From Pseudomonadota bacterium (GTDB taxonomy: Bacteria > Pseudomonadota > Gammaproteobacteria > JAKAQQ01): DNA of 64,000 nucleotides. The notes beneath the pieces were generated by a model. That model made no database searches. It saw only the letters and a list, made by a program, of their open reading frames with translations, and had not been told where the DNA came from. The stretch covers positions 53,361 to 117,360 of the forward strand of contig DAHVLZ010000010.1 of the NCBI GenBank assembly GCA_027320085.1, read 5' to 3'. The first letter of the stretch is position 1. Every line of letters starts with the position of its first letter. Positions 9,948-22,853 of the stretch are shown one piece after another. The position numbers and the translations under genes were made by a program.

Positions 9948-10681
9948 GGCTTGAGCACGAGCAGACCGTCGGCCGACCGGGACACCCAGGGTCGGTTGCT
10001 GCCCTTCGGCAGCGTGCCTGGATCGAGCTTGGCCGCCCATGGCGACGAGGCCTCCCGGCCAAGTTGCAGGCACAGCCGCACGGTCTTGACGCTTGAGCAG
10101 TGCTGCAACAGCTCGCGCAGCACATCGGCGCGGAGGTTGTAGGTGCTTTCGATGATTTCGCGAGCTTCCTGCAAGGGCTGGCGCACGCCGACTTCGCTCA
10201 ACAGTTCCAGCAATGCACGCTCCGGCGCCGACACCTGCGGCGCCCCGCTGCGCTTCTCGAAAGGGCCGACGTGCAGCAGGGCGTCCGGCTGCTCGTCAAA
10301 CAGGCGCTTGCGGTGGTATTCGGCCGGAAAGCGTTGGGTGAACCATTCCGGCAGGCGGGCCGCCTTCCAGCCGTACAGTTGCAGCACGGGATGCTGCGAC
10401 ACGTACTGGCGCACGCCGTACCAGTCGAGGGCCGACTTGCCGCCGACGTGCATCCCTTGGATTCCGCGCTGCAACTGCAGCAGGCTGGGATGCAGGGCCG
10501 GGGCGTCATTCGGGCGGCCATACACCCCCCGGGACAGGCGCATGAGCCAACCCGCCCGGACGTAGTGGACGGCCAAGTCTGCGGAGATGCCGAGCGCCGC
10601 CAGGTCCTCTGAGGTCAGCGGTGTTCCCGGCGCCAGCCGAGTGTAGAGCGCATTTAGCTTACTTGTAGAAGTCGTAGCCAT
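9944..10681 (-). CDS. abiEi: AbiEi antitoxin (type IV TA)
   Basis: wHTH N-terminus (RLSRGVY), SAPERALLE; ATGA overlap with abiEii. Confidence 0.85.
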   Translation of the reverse strand: MATTSTSKLNALYTRLAPGTPLTSEDLAALGISADLAVHYVRAGWLMRLSRGVYGRPNDAPALHPSLLQLQRGIQGMHVGGKSALDWYGVRQYVSQHPVLQLYGWKAARLPEWFTQRFPAEYHRKRLFDEQPDALLHVGPFEKRSGAPQVSAPERALLELLSEVGVRQPLQEAREIIESTYNLRADVLRELLQHCSSVKTVRLCLQLGREASSPWAAKLDPGTLPKGSNRPWVSRSADGLLVLKP

Positions 10682-10697
10682 GTTACGACTTCTACAA
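10663..10697. promoter_or_regulatory. Probable AbiEi operator
   Basis: Perfect 14-bp inverted repeat TTGTAGAAGTCGTA-N7-TACGACTTCTACAA; the start codon lies in the spacer. Confidence 0.75.
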
Positions 10698-10819
10698 CAT
10701 TTTCAAGAGAAAGTCAATTTAATATAGTTGCATCAATCGTAGCATCACTACGCTAGCTGAAACCGTTCTAAATACTCTCCCGCTCGATGATCAATGGTCT
10801 CTGGAACGCATTGATATAC

Positions 10820-11126
10820 AGAGTACGGGCCAGGGGAGAACATCCATTTCTCGTGATCAAGCGGATCTTCGGCTTCACGAAGACCCGCTATCGGGGGCTT
10901 GACAAGAATGCCCACCGGCTGTTTGTGGCCTGTGCGCTGGCCCATCTCTTCAGGGTGAGGAGAAGGTTGTTGCGGCTGCAAGGGGCGTAGTCTGCCCACG
11001 GTCTGCCCCATCCGCCCGACAAGGGGGATGCGGCGGAGGAAAACCGGCAAGCAACCGGCCCCTTCGGGCAATCCGTGCGTATGAATCCGGTTCGACGTCA
11101 TCTCATCACGATTGATCAGGCTTTCC
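10820..11126 (+). mobile_element. IS5-family remnant (transposase C-terminus and right end)
   Basis: RVRARGEHPF.VIKRIFGF.KTRYRGL.KN signature; IR-like TTGATCAGGCTTTCC at ~11112-11126. Confidence 0.8.
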
Positions 11127-11217
11127 TTGGCGGATAAAATATCCGGGCGCCCCTTGCAATCAACGCGTGGGACCCGATTTCCGATAGATCGCGATGCGCT
11201 GCGATAGACCTCGAAAC

Positions 11218-14357
<3,140 letters not shown>

Positions 14358-14370
14358 CTATCATGGGCCC

Positions 14371-15759
14371 ATGCAGCAATCCATCCCGGGACCTCCCGCC
14401 GGAGCCCGCCGGGAGGGCGAGCCCCTCACGGTCTCCGAACTCTTGAAGCGCGTCCAGCACCTTTTGGCCGAGGAGCTGCCCGCCGTTCTGGTCACGGGCG
14501 AGATCTCCGACCTGCGCCCTTCGGCGGCCGGCCACCTCTACTTCAACCTCAAGGATTCCCGGGCCTCACTGCACGCCGTCCTCTTCGAGCGGGAGGCCCG
14601 CCGGCTGACCTTCCCACCCGCCAATGGACAGGCCGTTCTCGCCTTCGGCCGCATCGGACTGTACGCCGCGCGCGGCGATTTCCAGATCATCGTGGAAAGC
14701 CTGGAGGAGGCCGGGGAAGGCAGCCTGCGCCGCGACTATGAACGGCTCAAGACCCGCCTCGCCGCCGAGGGACTCTTCGACCCGAGCCGGAAACGGCCCC
14801 TCCCCGCCCTTCCGCGACGCATCGGCATCGTGACCTCCCCAAACGGAGCCGCCCTGCGCGACGTCCTCAAGGTCCTGGCGCGTCGCATGCCGCTCATCCC
14901 CCTCCGCATCGCCGCGGCACAGGTCCAGGGAGAGGGCGCGGAGGTGACCCTGGTCCAGGCGCTCGAGGCGATCACGCAAAGCGGCGGGGTCGACGTCGTG
15001 ATCGTGACCCGGGGTGGCGGTTCCCTGAAAGACCTCGCGCCGTTCAACACCGAAGCCCTGGCCCGGGCCATCCGCGCCGCGCCGGTTCCGGTCGTGACCG
15101 GCATCGGTCACGAAACCGATCTCACCCTCTCCGATCTCGCCGCCGACCTGAACGGCATCACACCGAGCGGCGCTGCCGAACGGGTGAGCCCCGATGCGGC
15201 GGAGCTCGCCCAAAGGCTTTCCGATCTCGGCCGAAGGCTCGGACACCACCATCCGGGATACACGGTGGCCGAGCTGGCCCAGCGCCTCGATGAAACGGCA
15301 TCCCGGCTCGATCGCGCGCTCGGGGGACTCTGGAGACGGTCCCGGGAACGCCTCGCGGTCCTGCGCGCCGAGCTCAGGACGACCGATCCCGGGATCCGCC
15401 TGGACGGCATCGGCCGCGAACTCCTCCACTGGCGGGCGCGACTCGCGGCAACCCACCCGCTCGGCCCGGCCGAAAGCGCCCTCGACACGCTCGCCCGGCG
15501 TCTCACCTCCCCGCTCGTCGCGTCCCTCGACAAAGCCCGTCACCGACTCGAACTGGATCAACGGAGCCTCACGGCCCTGGATCCGCGCGGAGCCCTCCGG
15601 CGGGGGTTTGCCCTGGTCGAAAACACCCGGGGCGGGCTCGTGACGGGCCCGGCGGGCCTTTCGCCCGGAGACCGGCTCGCGATCATCTGGCAGGAGGGCT
15701 CAGCCTGGACGCGGATCGAGGCCCTCGACCACACGGACCCCACCCGTGACCCCGACTAG
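14371..15759 (+). CDS. xseA: Exodeoxyribonuclease VII large subunit
   Basis: GHLYFNLKD, RGGGS, GIGHETD; divergent from guaB. Confidence 0.95.
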   Translation: MQQSIPGPPAGARREGEPLTVSELLKRVQHLLAEELPAVLVTGEISDLRPSAAGHLYFNLKDSRASLHAVLFEREARRLTFPPANGQAVLAFGRIGLYAARGDFQIIVESLEEAGEGSLRRDYERLKTRLAAEGLFDPSRKRPLPALPRRIGIVTSPNGAALRDVLKVLARRMPLIPLRIAAAQVQGEGAEVTLVQALEAITQSGGVDVVIVTRGGGSLKDLAPFNTEALARAIRAAPVPVVTGIGHETDLTLSDLAADLNGITPSGAAERVSPDAAELAQRLSDLGRRLGHHHPGYTVAELAQRLDETASRLDRALGGLWRRSRERLAVLRAELRTTDPGIRLDGIGRELLHWRARLAATHPLGPAESALDTLARRLTSPLVASLDKARHRLELDQRSLTALDPRGALRRGFALVENTRGGLVTGPAGLSPGDRLAIIWQEGSAWTRIEALDHTDPTRDPD

Positions 15760-17254
15760 ACGCGGGATCCTGGCCCTTCTCCTCCTGGCCTGGGTGGTCC
15801 CCACCGCCTGGGCGGAAAAACCCGCCGGGCCTGCCGCGACCGCCATCCTCCGTGCGCTTTCCGCCCGCGGACTGGCCGTGAGTGCGGAGGTCGTGACGCT
15901 CGGTCGCCGAAAGCGGATCCTCGCCCGTTTCCAGGCGGACCGCCCGCTCATCCCGGCCTCGCTCTCCAAGCTCTTTGTCGCCGCCCGCGCGCTCCGCCTC
16001 TGGGGCGGCCGGCACCGTTTCACCCTCCGCGTCGAAACGACCGGTCCCCTCGTTGGCGGTCGGCTCGAGGGCCCGCTCATTCTCGTCGATGACGGGGATC
16101 CCGGGCTTGTTCACGGCTTCATGGGGGCCACCGCCTGGGAGGCACGGGCGCTCGGGCTGACGGACGTCCGGGGAGGGCTCGTCCTCGTGGCAGCCGGCGA
16201 CATCCGTCCCCCCTGCCGGCTCATCGACCGCTGCCGGGCCAGACGGGAGAGTCGCCATGCCTACGCAGCCCAACCCACCGCGCTCGCGGCCGACTATGGC
16301 ACCCTCGACCTCATCGTCGCCCCCGGCCCCACCCCGGGCGCACCGGCCCGGGTCGCCTTCCTGCCCTTTCCGCCTGGCGGGATCCGGCTCGAGAATGGGG
16401 TGACCACCACGCCCCGGGGCGCGGGGCGCGGGCTCGCGGTCCGCCAGCGCCTGCGCAACGGCCGCGAATTCGTCCGTGTGGAAGGCAGTCTCGCGATCGG
16501 TCACCGCCCCATCCGGCTCTATGTGGCCGCCGCCCATCCCGACGAGCTCGCGGGATCGCTCTGGGCCGGGGCCTTCAGCCGTGCCGGGATCCGGATCCGG
16601 GGCCCCGTCCGCATCCAGCATCACCCTCCCCCGGGATCGAGGACCTGGTTCGTCAAACGAAGCGTGACGCTCGCGACCCTGATCAGCCGCATGCTGGCCT
16701 ACAGCAACAACTTCATCGCCGACGATCTCACTTTCGATCTCGCCCGCTCCAATGGGGCCGGCCGTGAGGGGCGGACCCTGCCCGCGGCTGCTCGCGCGCT
16801 GGCGCTCTCCCTGCACCCCTGGCTGACTCGCTGGGGCGCCCGGGGAACCCTGCGTCTCGAAAGCGGCAGCGGGCTCAGCCGGCGCAACCGGAGTTCCGCT
16901 GCCGATCTCGTGGCTGTCCTGGCCGGCATGGCGGCCGACGACCGGGATTTTCCGGCCTTCTGGGCCGGGCTGCCGCCCGCCGGGGAATCCCCCCTGGCCT
17001 TCCTCACGGTGGGCAATCGGCGCTGGCGCCGGTGTTTCTTCGTGAAAAGCGGGACCCTCGACGATCCGGTGGGCGCACTCGGTCTGGCCGGTTACTTCCG
17101 GCGGGCGGACGGCGGGATCGGGGCCTTTGCCGTGCTCGTGAACGGAACCTCCGCCCATCCCGGGCTGTCCGTGGCACCGACCCTGGCCGCGCTCCGCCGC
17201 TTCCTCACCCCGTTCTCGGGAGCCGGCCTCAGCGCAAGAACAGGCTGTAGGTGA
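15746..17254 (+). CDS. dacB: D-Ala-D-Ala carboxypeptidase/endopeptidase (PBP4 family)
   Basis: Signal peptide, PASLSK (SxxK), SNN, GSGLSR, KSGTL. Confidence 0.88.
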   Translation: MTPTRRGILALLLLAWVVPTAWAEKPAGPAATAILRALSARGLAVSAEVVTLGRRKRILARFQADRPLIPASLSKLFVAARALRLWGGRHRFTLRVETTGPLVGGRLEGPLILVDDGDPGLVHGFMGATAWEARALGLTDVRGGLVLVAAGDIRPPCRLIDRCRARRESRHAYAAQPTALAADYGTLDLIVAPGPTPGAPARVAFLPFPPGGIRLENGVTTTPRGAGRGLAVRQRLRNGREFVRVEGSLAIGHRPIRLYVAAAHPDELAGSLWAGAFSRAGIRIRGPVRIQHHPPPGSRTWFVKRSVTLATLISRMLAYSNNFIADDLTFDLARSNGAGREGRTLPAAARALALSLHPWLTRWGARGTLRLESGSGLSRRNRSSAADLVAVLAGMAADDRDFPAFWAGLPPAGESPLAFLTVGNRRWRRCFFVKSGTLDDPVGALGLAGYFRRADGGIGAFAVLVNGTSAHPGLSVAPTLAALRRFLTPFSGAGLSARTGCR

Positions 17255-17651
17255 GCACGGCCCCGACAAAGGCAGTGAAGGCCGTGTATTTCCAATTGCG
17301 TTCTTCCACCGCAAAAAACACCATGGAGCTCACGACCCGGATGTAGGGCGTAAAGAGCAGGCTCGCGATCCCGAGATCGATGAAGACCCGGGGATCCCAC
17401 CCGGCCGGGTGGAACAGTGATCCCAGATCGTGGATCAGGAAGTCGAAGTAGTTCATCCCGGCGATGAGATAGTTGAGATGGAGCGAACCCGTCAACGCGT
17501 ACTGCCAGATGAGCCCGATGACGAGGAACGCGATACTGACCAGGACGCCGGCCAGGAGGATGTAGCCCACGAGGAGCTCCATGTCGTGCTCGAGCCGGGC
17601 CTCCCGCCGGGCGGCATCGGTGGCATCGGGGTTGGACGGGATGCGGTTCAT
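17229..17651 (-). CDS. DUF1634-like membrane protein
   Basis: Three TM segments with LGI..LLFTPY.RV; downstream of a TauE-family gene. Confidence 0.75.
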   Translation of the reverse strand: MNRIPSNPDATDAARREARLEHDMELLVGYILLAGVLVSIAFLVIGLIWQYALTGSLHLNYLIAGMNYFDFLIHDLGSLFHPAGWDPRVFIDLGIASLLFTPYIRVVSSMVFFAVEERNWKYTAFTAFVGAVLTYSLFLR

Positions 17652-17661
17652 GCGGGTCTCC

Positions 17662-18510
17662 CTAGATGCCGTGGCCAAAAACACCGAGCCCGCGCAGGAT
17701 CATCTCGACCCCAAGCAGGAGGAGGACCACGAGGAAAAACTGGCGGATGGAATGGTTGCTCAACCGCTTGAGCAGGCGGGTGCCGATGAACGCCCCGGCC
17801 ACGACGCCGATGATGACCGGTGCCGCGAGTCCCGGATCGACGTAGCCGGCCGCGATGTAGATGCTGGTGCCGGCCAATGCGGTGACGCCGATGATGAGGT
17901 TGCTGGTCGTGGTCGAGACCTTGGGGGGCAACCCCATGGCGAGGTCGAGGATGAGCACCTTGAGCGCCCCGGCCCCGATCCCGAGCAGACCGGCGATGAA
18001 ACCCGCGCCGAACATGCAGGGGCCACCCAGCCAGCCCCGCCGACCCTCGTAATCGATCTGCCGCCCTTCCGCATGGTCGTAGTAACCGCCCCGGAGCTCC
18101 AGCCAATGCGTGATCGGATCGGCGGGCCGGAGGTAGTCCTCATGCTTCACCTTGCGCACAAAGAGCGTCCCCCATGACAGGAGCAGGACGGCGCCGAAGG
18201 CGATGAAGAGGGGCTGGTCGGACGAGGCCAGGGTCACGGTCGCCCCGACGATGGCACCCAGGATGGTGAACATCTCGAGGAACATGCCGATCTTGAGGTT
18301 GGTGACACCGTCACGGACGTAGGCGGAAGCCGCCCCGCTCGAGGTGGCGATCACGGAGACGATGCTGATGGCGATCGCATGCTTGATGCCCACCCCGAAC
18401 AGCGTGAGCGCCGGAATCAGGACGATGCCCCCGCCCATGCCGCTCATGGCCCCGATGAACCCGGCCACGATCGAGACCACAAACAGGATGCCGGGTGAGG
18501 TGATACTCAT
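17662..18510 (-). CDS. TauE/SafE (TSUP) sulfite exporter family transporter
   Basis: GMGGGIVLIP and GLLGIGAG repeats; multiple TM helices. Confidence 0.88.
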   Translation of the reverse strand: MSITSPGILFVVSIVAGFIGAMSGMGGGIVLIPALTLFGVGIKHAIAISIVSVIATSSGAASAYVRDGVTNLKIGMFLEMFTILGAIVGATVTLASSDQPLFIAFGAVLLLSWGTLFVRKVKHEDYLRPADPITHWLELRGGYYDHAEGRQIDYEGRRGWLGGPCMFGAGFIAGLLGIGAGALKVLILDLAMGLPPKVSTTTSNLIIGVTALAGTSIYIAAGYVDPGLAAPVIIGVVAGAFIGTRLLKRLSNHSIRQFFLVVLLLLGVEMILRGLGVFGHGI

Positions 18511-19599
18511 TCAGAACTCCAGGAATTTTCGCAATGGTTCTTCAAAGCGGATCCAGTCGACCAGAAATGCATCATGGCCCGAAGGCGAATCGATGATCCG
18601 GAGATCGACCGGCACGCCCGCCCGCTCGAACCCCCGGGCCAAAGACTCCTGCTGGTGGCTCGGATAGAGCAAATCCGTCGTCACGCCGGCCACGAGAACG
18701 GCCTCCAGACCGGCTCCCGCCAGTGCCCGTTCGAGGTCACCGCCGCCGTAGTCGGCCGCATCGAACTCGTCCATCGCGCAAGACAGGCGGAGGTAGGACA
18801 CGGGATCAAAACGTTCGGCGAAATCGCGGGCACGCGACTCCAGGTACCATTCTACCGCAAACGGCGGCCGTGATCCGTCCGGAAGACCGGCCTTCGCGGC
18901 CGGATCCGTCTCGCGGCGCCGGCCAAAGCGCGTGCGCCATTCCACCGGCGAGCGGTAGGAGACGAGTCCGAGCTTGCGCGCGAGACGCATGCCGGTCCGG
19001 ACCCCTCCCGCACCCTGGGCGAGATGGCTCGCGAGGATCTCGCGCTGAAGCGAGCGGATGGCCACGGCAAACGGTTCCGCCGCCGCGGCCGCCGAGATCA
19101 CGGCCAGGCGGCCGACCGCCCGGTGCCCGCGCAGGGCCAGGGCCAGGGCCACAAGTCCGCCCAAGGACGGCCCGACCACGGCGTCGATCCGCCCGATGCC
19201 GAGTCCCCCGAGCGCCCGGTGGATGGCGAGGGCGATATCCTCGATCGCAATCCCGGGAAAACGGGAGCCGTAAGCGTCACCGGTCAGGGGATCGATCGAG
19301 GCGGGCCCGGTCGAACCGAAGCATCCGCCCAGGGGGTTGAAACAGAAGATCCGGAACCGGTCCGTGTCCAGGGCCCGACCCGGGCCGATGAGCGGCTCCC
19401 ACCAGCCCGGGCGGGGATCCGCCGGACCCGAGGCGGCATGCGCCGATGGGGAGAGTCCCGTGCAGAGCACAAGCACCGGTCGGGACGGAGGCCCCCAGGT
19501 CTCGTAGGCCAGGGTCACCGCCGGCAGATCAAAGCCGCCCTTGAGCGGGAAAGGTCCCGGCAGGGCCAGGCTGCGCCGCGCCGGATCCACTCCGGTCAC
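18511..19599 (-). CDS. MetX-family O-acyltransferase (probably the serine-acylating clade)
   Basis: TGLSPSAHAAS, GGCFGSTGP, GPSLGG nucleophile, GHDAFL; GTG start overlaps the der stop. Confidence 0.85.
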   Translation of the reverse strand: MTGVDPARRSLALPGPFPLKGGFDLPAVTLAYETWGPPSRPVLVLCTGLSPSAHAASGPADPRPGWWEPLIGPGRALDTDRFRIFCFNPLGGCFGSTGPASIDPLTGDAYGSRFPGIAIEDIALAIHRALGGLGIGRIDAVVGPSLGGLVALALALRGHRAVGRLAVISAAAAAEPFAVAIRSLQREILASHLAQGAGGVRTGMRLARKLGLVSYRSPVEWRTRFGRRRETDPAAKAGLPDGSRPPFAVEWYLESRARDFAERFDPVSYLRLSCAMDEFDAADYGGGDLERALAGAGLEAVLVAGVTTDLLYPSHQQESLARGFERAGVPVDLRIIDSPSGHDAFLVDWIRFEEPLRKFLEF

Positions 19600-20951
19600 G
19601 ACATCCGGCCGCGGGAGAGGGAAGAGGCACCCGACCGCCACCGGTGATGATCCGGGCTGTCCCGGAACTCGAGGCGGAGCGGGATCCCGCCCAGACCGAA
19701 GTGATCGGAAAGCTGGCGGGTCAAGTAGCGCCGGTAATCGGCGCTCAGGAGCTCGAGACGGCTCCCATGGATGATGAGCAGGGGAGGATTGCGTCCGCCC
19801 TGGTGACCGTAGCGGAGCTTGGGCCGGATCCGTTCGACGAGCGCGGGCGGATGGGCGCGAACGGCGGCCGTGAGTACCCGGTTGACCCGCGGGGTGGCCA
19901 GATCGGCCTGGGCCCGTTCGAGCCGGTCGTTCCAGGCGGCCACGAGTTCTCCCAGTCCCGATCCGTGAAGGGCCGAGACCGGCACGGGCTCGGCTTGGGG
20001 AAGGAAGGACAGGAGATGGGCCAGCTGGCTCCGCGCCCGGGTCTTCTGGTGACGCTCGAGCCCATCCCACTTGTTCAGGGCGATGACGAGGGGCCGGCCC
20101 GCCTCGTGGACCGCCGCCGCCAGACGGGCGTCATCCTCCGTGGGACCGGCTGCGGCATCGATCAAGAGCGTGACCAGGCTCGCCCGGCTGATCGTGGCCA
20201 GGCTGCGGGCGATCGCGAGCTGGTCACGCGGGTCGAGCCGGCGGGTCCGGCTGCGGATGCCGGCCGTATCGATGAGGATCCAGGTTCGTCCCATCCGTTC
20301 GATCGCAACCTCGATGGCATCGCGCGTCGTACCGGGTGTGGGGGAGGTCAAAACCCGGGCCTCACCGACCAGCTGGTTCAGGAGCGTGGACTTGCCGGCA
20401 TTGGGGCGGCCGATCAGGGCCACGCGGGGCAGCGGCCCGGGCCCGGGGGAGGTGGTGATGGCCGGGAAGCGTTCCCGGAGCCCTGAGGCCAGTCCGGCCA
20501 GTCCATCCCCGTACAGGGCCGAAATCCACGACGGGAGTCCCCAACCCAGCCGGGTCAGGTCGAAATCACGCTCGGCCAGGGTCCGTCCCTCGGCCTTGTT
20601 GGCCACGAGAAGAACCGGTTTGCCGAAACTCCTGAGCCACTCCGACAGATTGAGATCCTCGGCCAGGAGGCCTTCCACGGCCGAGACCAGCCAGAGCACG
20701 CCGTCGGATTCGCGGACGGCGGTCTCCGCCTGCTGGCGGAGCGCCCCGTCAAACGGGGTCGGTGTGCCGACGGCAATACCGGCCGTATCGATGAAGACAT
20801 GACCGGCAAAGGCTCCGCGTCCGCTTCCGACCAGACGGTCACGCGTACAGTGCGGCTCTTCCGAAACCAGAGCCTGACGGGACCGCACCAGTCGGTTGAA
20901 GAGTGTGGACTTCCCCACATTGGTGCGGCCAACCAAGGCAAGCAGGGCCAT
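19596..20951 (-). CDS. der: Ribosome biogenesis GTPase Der
   Basis: Two G domains (GRTNVGKS, GRPNAGKS; DTAG twice) plus KH-like C-terminus. Confidence 0.96.
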   Translation of the reverse strand: MALLALVGRTNVGKSTLFNRLVRSRQALVSEEPHCTRDRLVGSGRGAFAGHVFIDTAGIAVGTPTPFDGALRQQAETAVRESDGVLWLVSAVEGLLAEDLNLSEWLRSFGKPVLLVANKAEGRTLAERDFDLTRLGWGLPSWISALYGDGLAGLASGLRERFPAITTSPGPGPLPRVALIGRPNAGKSTLLNQLVGEARVLTSPTPGTTRDAIEVAIERMGRTWILIDTAGIRSRTRRLDPRDQLAIARSLATISRASLVTLLIDAAAGPTEDDARLAAAVHEAGRPLVIALNKWDGLERHQKTRARSQLAHLLSFLPQAEPVPVSALHGSGLGELVAAWNDRLERAQADLATPRVNRVLTAAVRAHPPALVERIRPKLRYGHQGGRNPPLLIIHGSRLELLSADYRRYLTRQLSDHFGLGGIPLRLEFRDSPDHHRWRSGASSLSRGRMS

Positions 20952-20963
20952 CCGGTGCTCCGC

Positions 20964-22127
20964 TCACCGGGGAGCGAGTCGGTAGGCCACGAGACGGCCG
21001 CCCGAGGTCAGGACGAACAGGCGTCCCCGCGCGGTCACGGGGGCTTGCTCGATCGCCGAATCTCCGGCACGCACACGATCCAGGAGATGGCCCGTCTGGC
21101 GGGACAGAAACTCGACCCAGCCCTTGAGATCACCCGTGACGACCGCAGGACCGAAGGGAGTCGGTGCCGTGAGCCGGCGACCCAGGAAATCCGGATTGGT
21201 CCAGATCGGCAACCCGGTCGTCCGGTCGAAGACCCGGATCACGCCCCTCTGACCGGTGACATAGACGTTTTCCTGTCCCACGCTGAGTCCCGCCAGGCTC
21301 GAGACGTGACGCGACCAGACCCGCTTGCCCGTCTGGCTGGACAGGCACACGAGCCGGCCATGGTCATTCACGGCAAAGAGCTGGTGGTGGTTGAGACCCA
21401 TCCGCCAGGCGACATCGACCATCCGCTGGACCTGATTGTGCCCGGGTGCATAGGCCAGGGCCGTGTGCCAGCGCTCGTGTCCGGTCGCCGTCACGATGGC
21501 CACGACGTGCCCGTCGCTGAAACCGGCGTAGACGCCGTGGCGGGTCACGATCGGGGGCGCATTGCCACGCAGGAGCAGATGGGGCTCGCGCTCATGGATC
21601 TTCCAGAGCAGCGTTCCCCGTCTGGCCGAGAAGTTCCACACGCGGCTGTCCCCGGTCAGGACGACCACCCGCCCGAAAGCGATGACCGGTGGGGCCAGGG
21701 CAAAGCTCAGAAGGTGCGACCGCCAGAGCGTCCGGCCATTTTTGGCGCTGAGCACGACGAGCCAGCCCCGCCGGGTCACGACCGCCAGCCGCCCCTCTCC
21801 GACACCCGGACCGGCGGTGATGGCCTGCCCGATCCGGATACTCCAGAGGAGCCGTCCGGTCCGGGCCTGCCAGGCCGCCACCCGTCCGCCCCGGCTCGCG
21901 GCAAAAACCACCCCCCCTCCGGCATCCACGGCCGGGAGGAGCCCATAGCGCTGTCCCCCGGCCCCTGATCCCACCTCATGCGACCAGAGCCGGATGACCC
22001 CGATCCGGGGATGGAACGGTTTGAGCGGCGTGGGTGGCAGAACCGTGCTGCGGTTGCCGCAGCCCGCGAGGAGGGTGGCCAGCGCGAGCGGAACCAGAAG
22101 AAGGACGGTCAGACGGCGCCGGCTCAT
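20964..22127 (-). CDS. bamB: Outer membrane assembly lipoprotein BamB
   Basis: Lipobox LAGC, PQQ-like beta-propeller repeats, synteny. Confidence 0.92.
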   Translation of the reverse strand: MSRRRLTVLLLVPLALATLLAGCGNRSTVLPPTPLKPFHPRIGVIRLWSHEVGSGAGGQRYGLLPAVDAGGGVVFAASRGGRVAAWQARTGRLLWSIRIGQAITAGPGVGEGRLAVVTRRGWLVVLSAKNGRTLWRSHLLSFALAPPVIAFGRVVVLTGDSRVWNFSARRGTLLWKIHEREPHLLLRGNAPPIVTRHGVYAGFSDGHVVAIVTATGHERWHTALAYAPGHNQVQRMVDVAWRMGLNHHQLFAVNDHGRLVCLSSQTGKRVWSRHVSSLAGLSVGQENVYVTGQRGVIRVFDRTTGLPIWTNPDFLGRRLTAPTPFGPAVVTGDLKGWVEFLSRQTGHLLDRVRAGDSAIEQAPVTARGRLFVLTSGGRLVAYRLAPR

Positions 22128-22840
22128 GACTGCGCTCCGGCCGGACGGGGACCGGGCGGGGTGGAAACCGTCCCTGCCGCCTTGGCCTTGACGGGAGCCG
22201 TCTTGGCCGGAGGAGTCGGCAAGGTCGACATCTCGACACGGACAATCCGCCTGAGCGCCCCTTCCCCGGTACCGAGGTTGTCCAGTGCCAGCGTCCAGTC
22301 GTTCCGCGCCCGGTGGAAGTGGTGAAGCGCACGGTCCGCCCGGCCCTTGAGCCAGGCCGTGAGCCCGACATAAGCACCCGGGTTCTGGCCGTGGAACAGG
22401 GCCAGCACGGCTTTGGGATCGTGCTGCTCGAGATCCACCCGGGCCAGCCGGACGCGGATCAAGGGCGCGAGAGCCGGATCGGGATCATGGGCGAGCGCCC
22501 ACTCGAGGTCATGGGCCACACGGGACCATTTTTCGTGGCGGGCCTGGAGCTTGGCCAGCGTGAGGGCGGCGAAGGTGGCCTCGATGGTTCCCCGGTCGTG
22601 CTGCATGATGAGACGGGCTTCGGCCGTGGCCTGAGCCCAGCGGGCATGGGCCAGATCATGCCCCAGCCGGCTGTAGGCCACCCCGGCCCTTTCCTGGGCT
22701 GCCCGTTGCTCGTAGCGCCAGACCCGCCATCCGGAAAATCCGAGCAGAACCGCGACCAGGCTCACGGCCATGAAGCGCCCGTTCTGTTTCCAGAAGTTGA
22801 CGAAAAGCTCGATTTCCCGTTCCTGCCACTGTTCTTCCAC
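22124..22840 (-). CDS. yfgM: YfgM family TPR protein
   Basis: FWKQNG followed by TM, RVRLARV; synteny between hisS and bamB. Confidence 0.88.
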   Translation of the reverse strand: MEEQWQEREIELFVNFWKQNGRFMAVSLVAVLLGFSGWRVWRYEQRAAQERAGVAYSRLGHDLAHARWAQATAEARLIMQHDRGTIEATFAALTLAKLQARHEKWSRVAHDLEWALAHDPDPALAPLIRVRLARVDLEQHDPKAVLALFHGQNPGAYVGLTAWLKGRADRALHHFHRARNDWTLALDNLGTGEGALRRIVRVEMSTLPTPPAKTAPVKAKAAGTVSTPPGPRPAGAQS

Positions 22841-22853
22841 CGTACCTCCGGTC

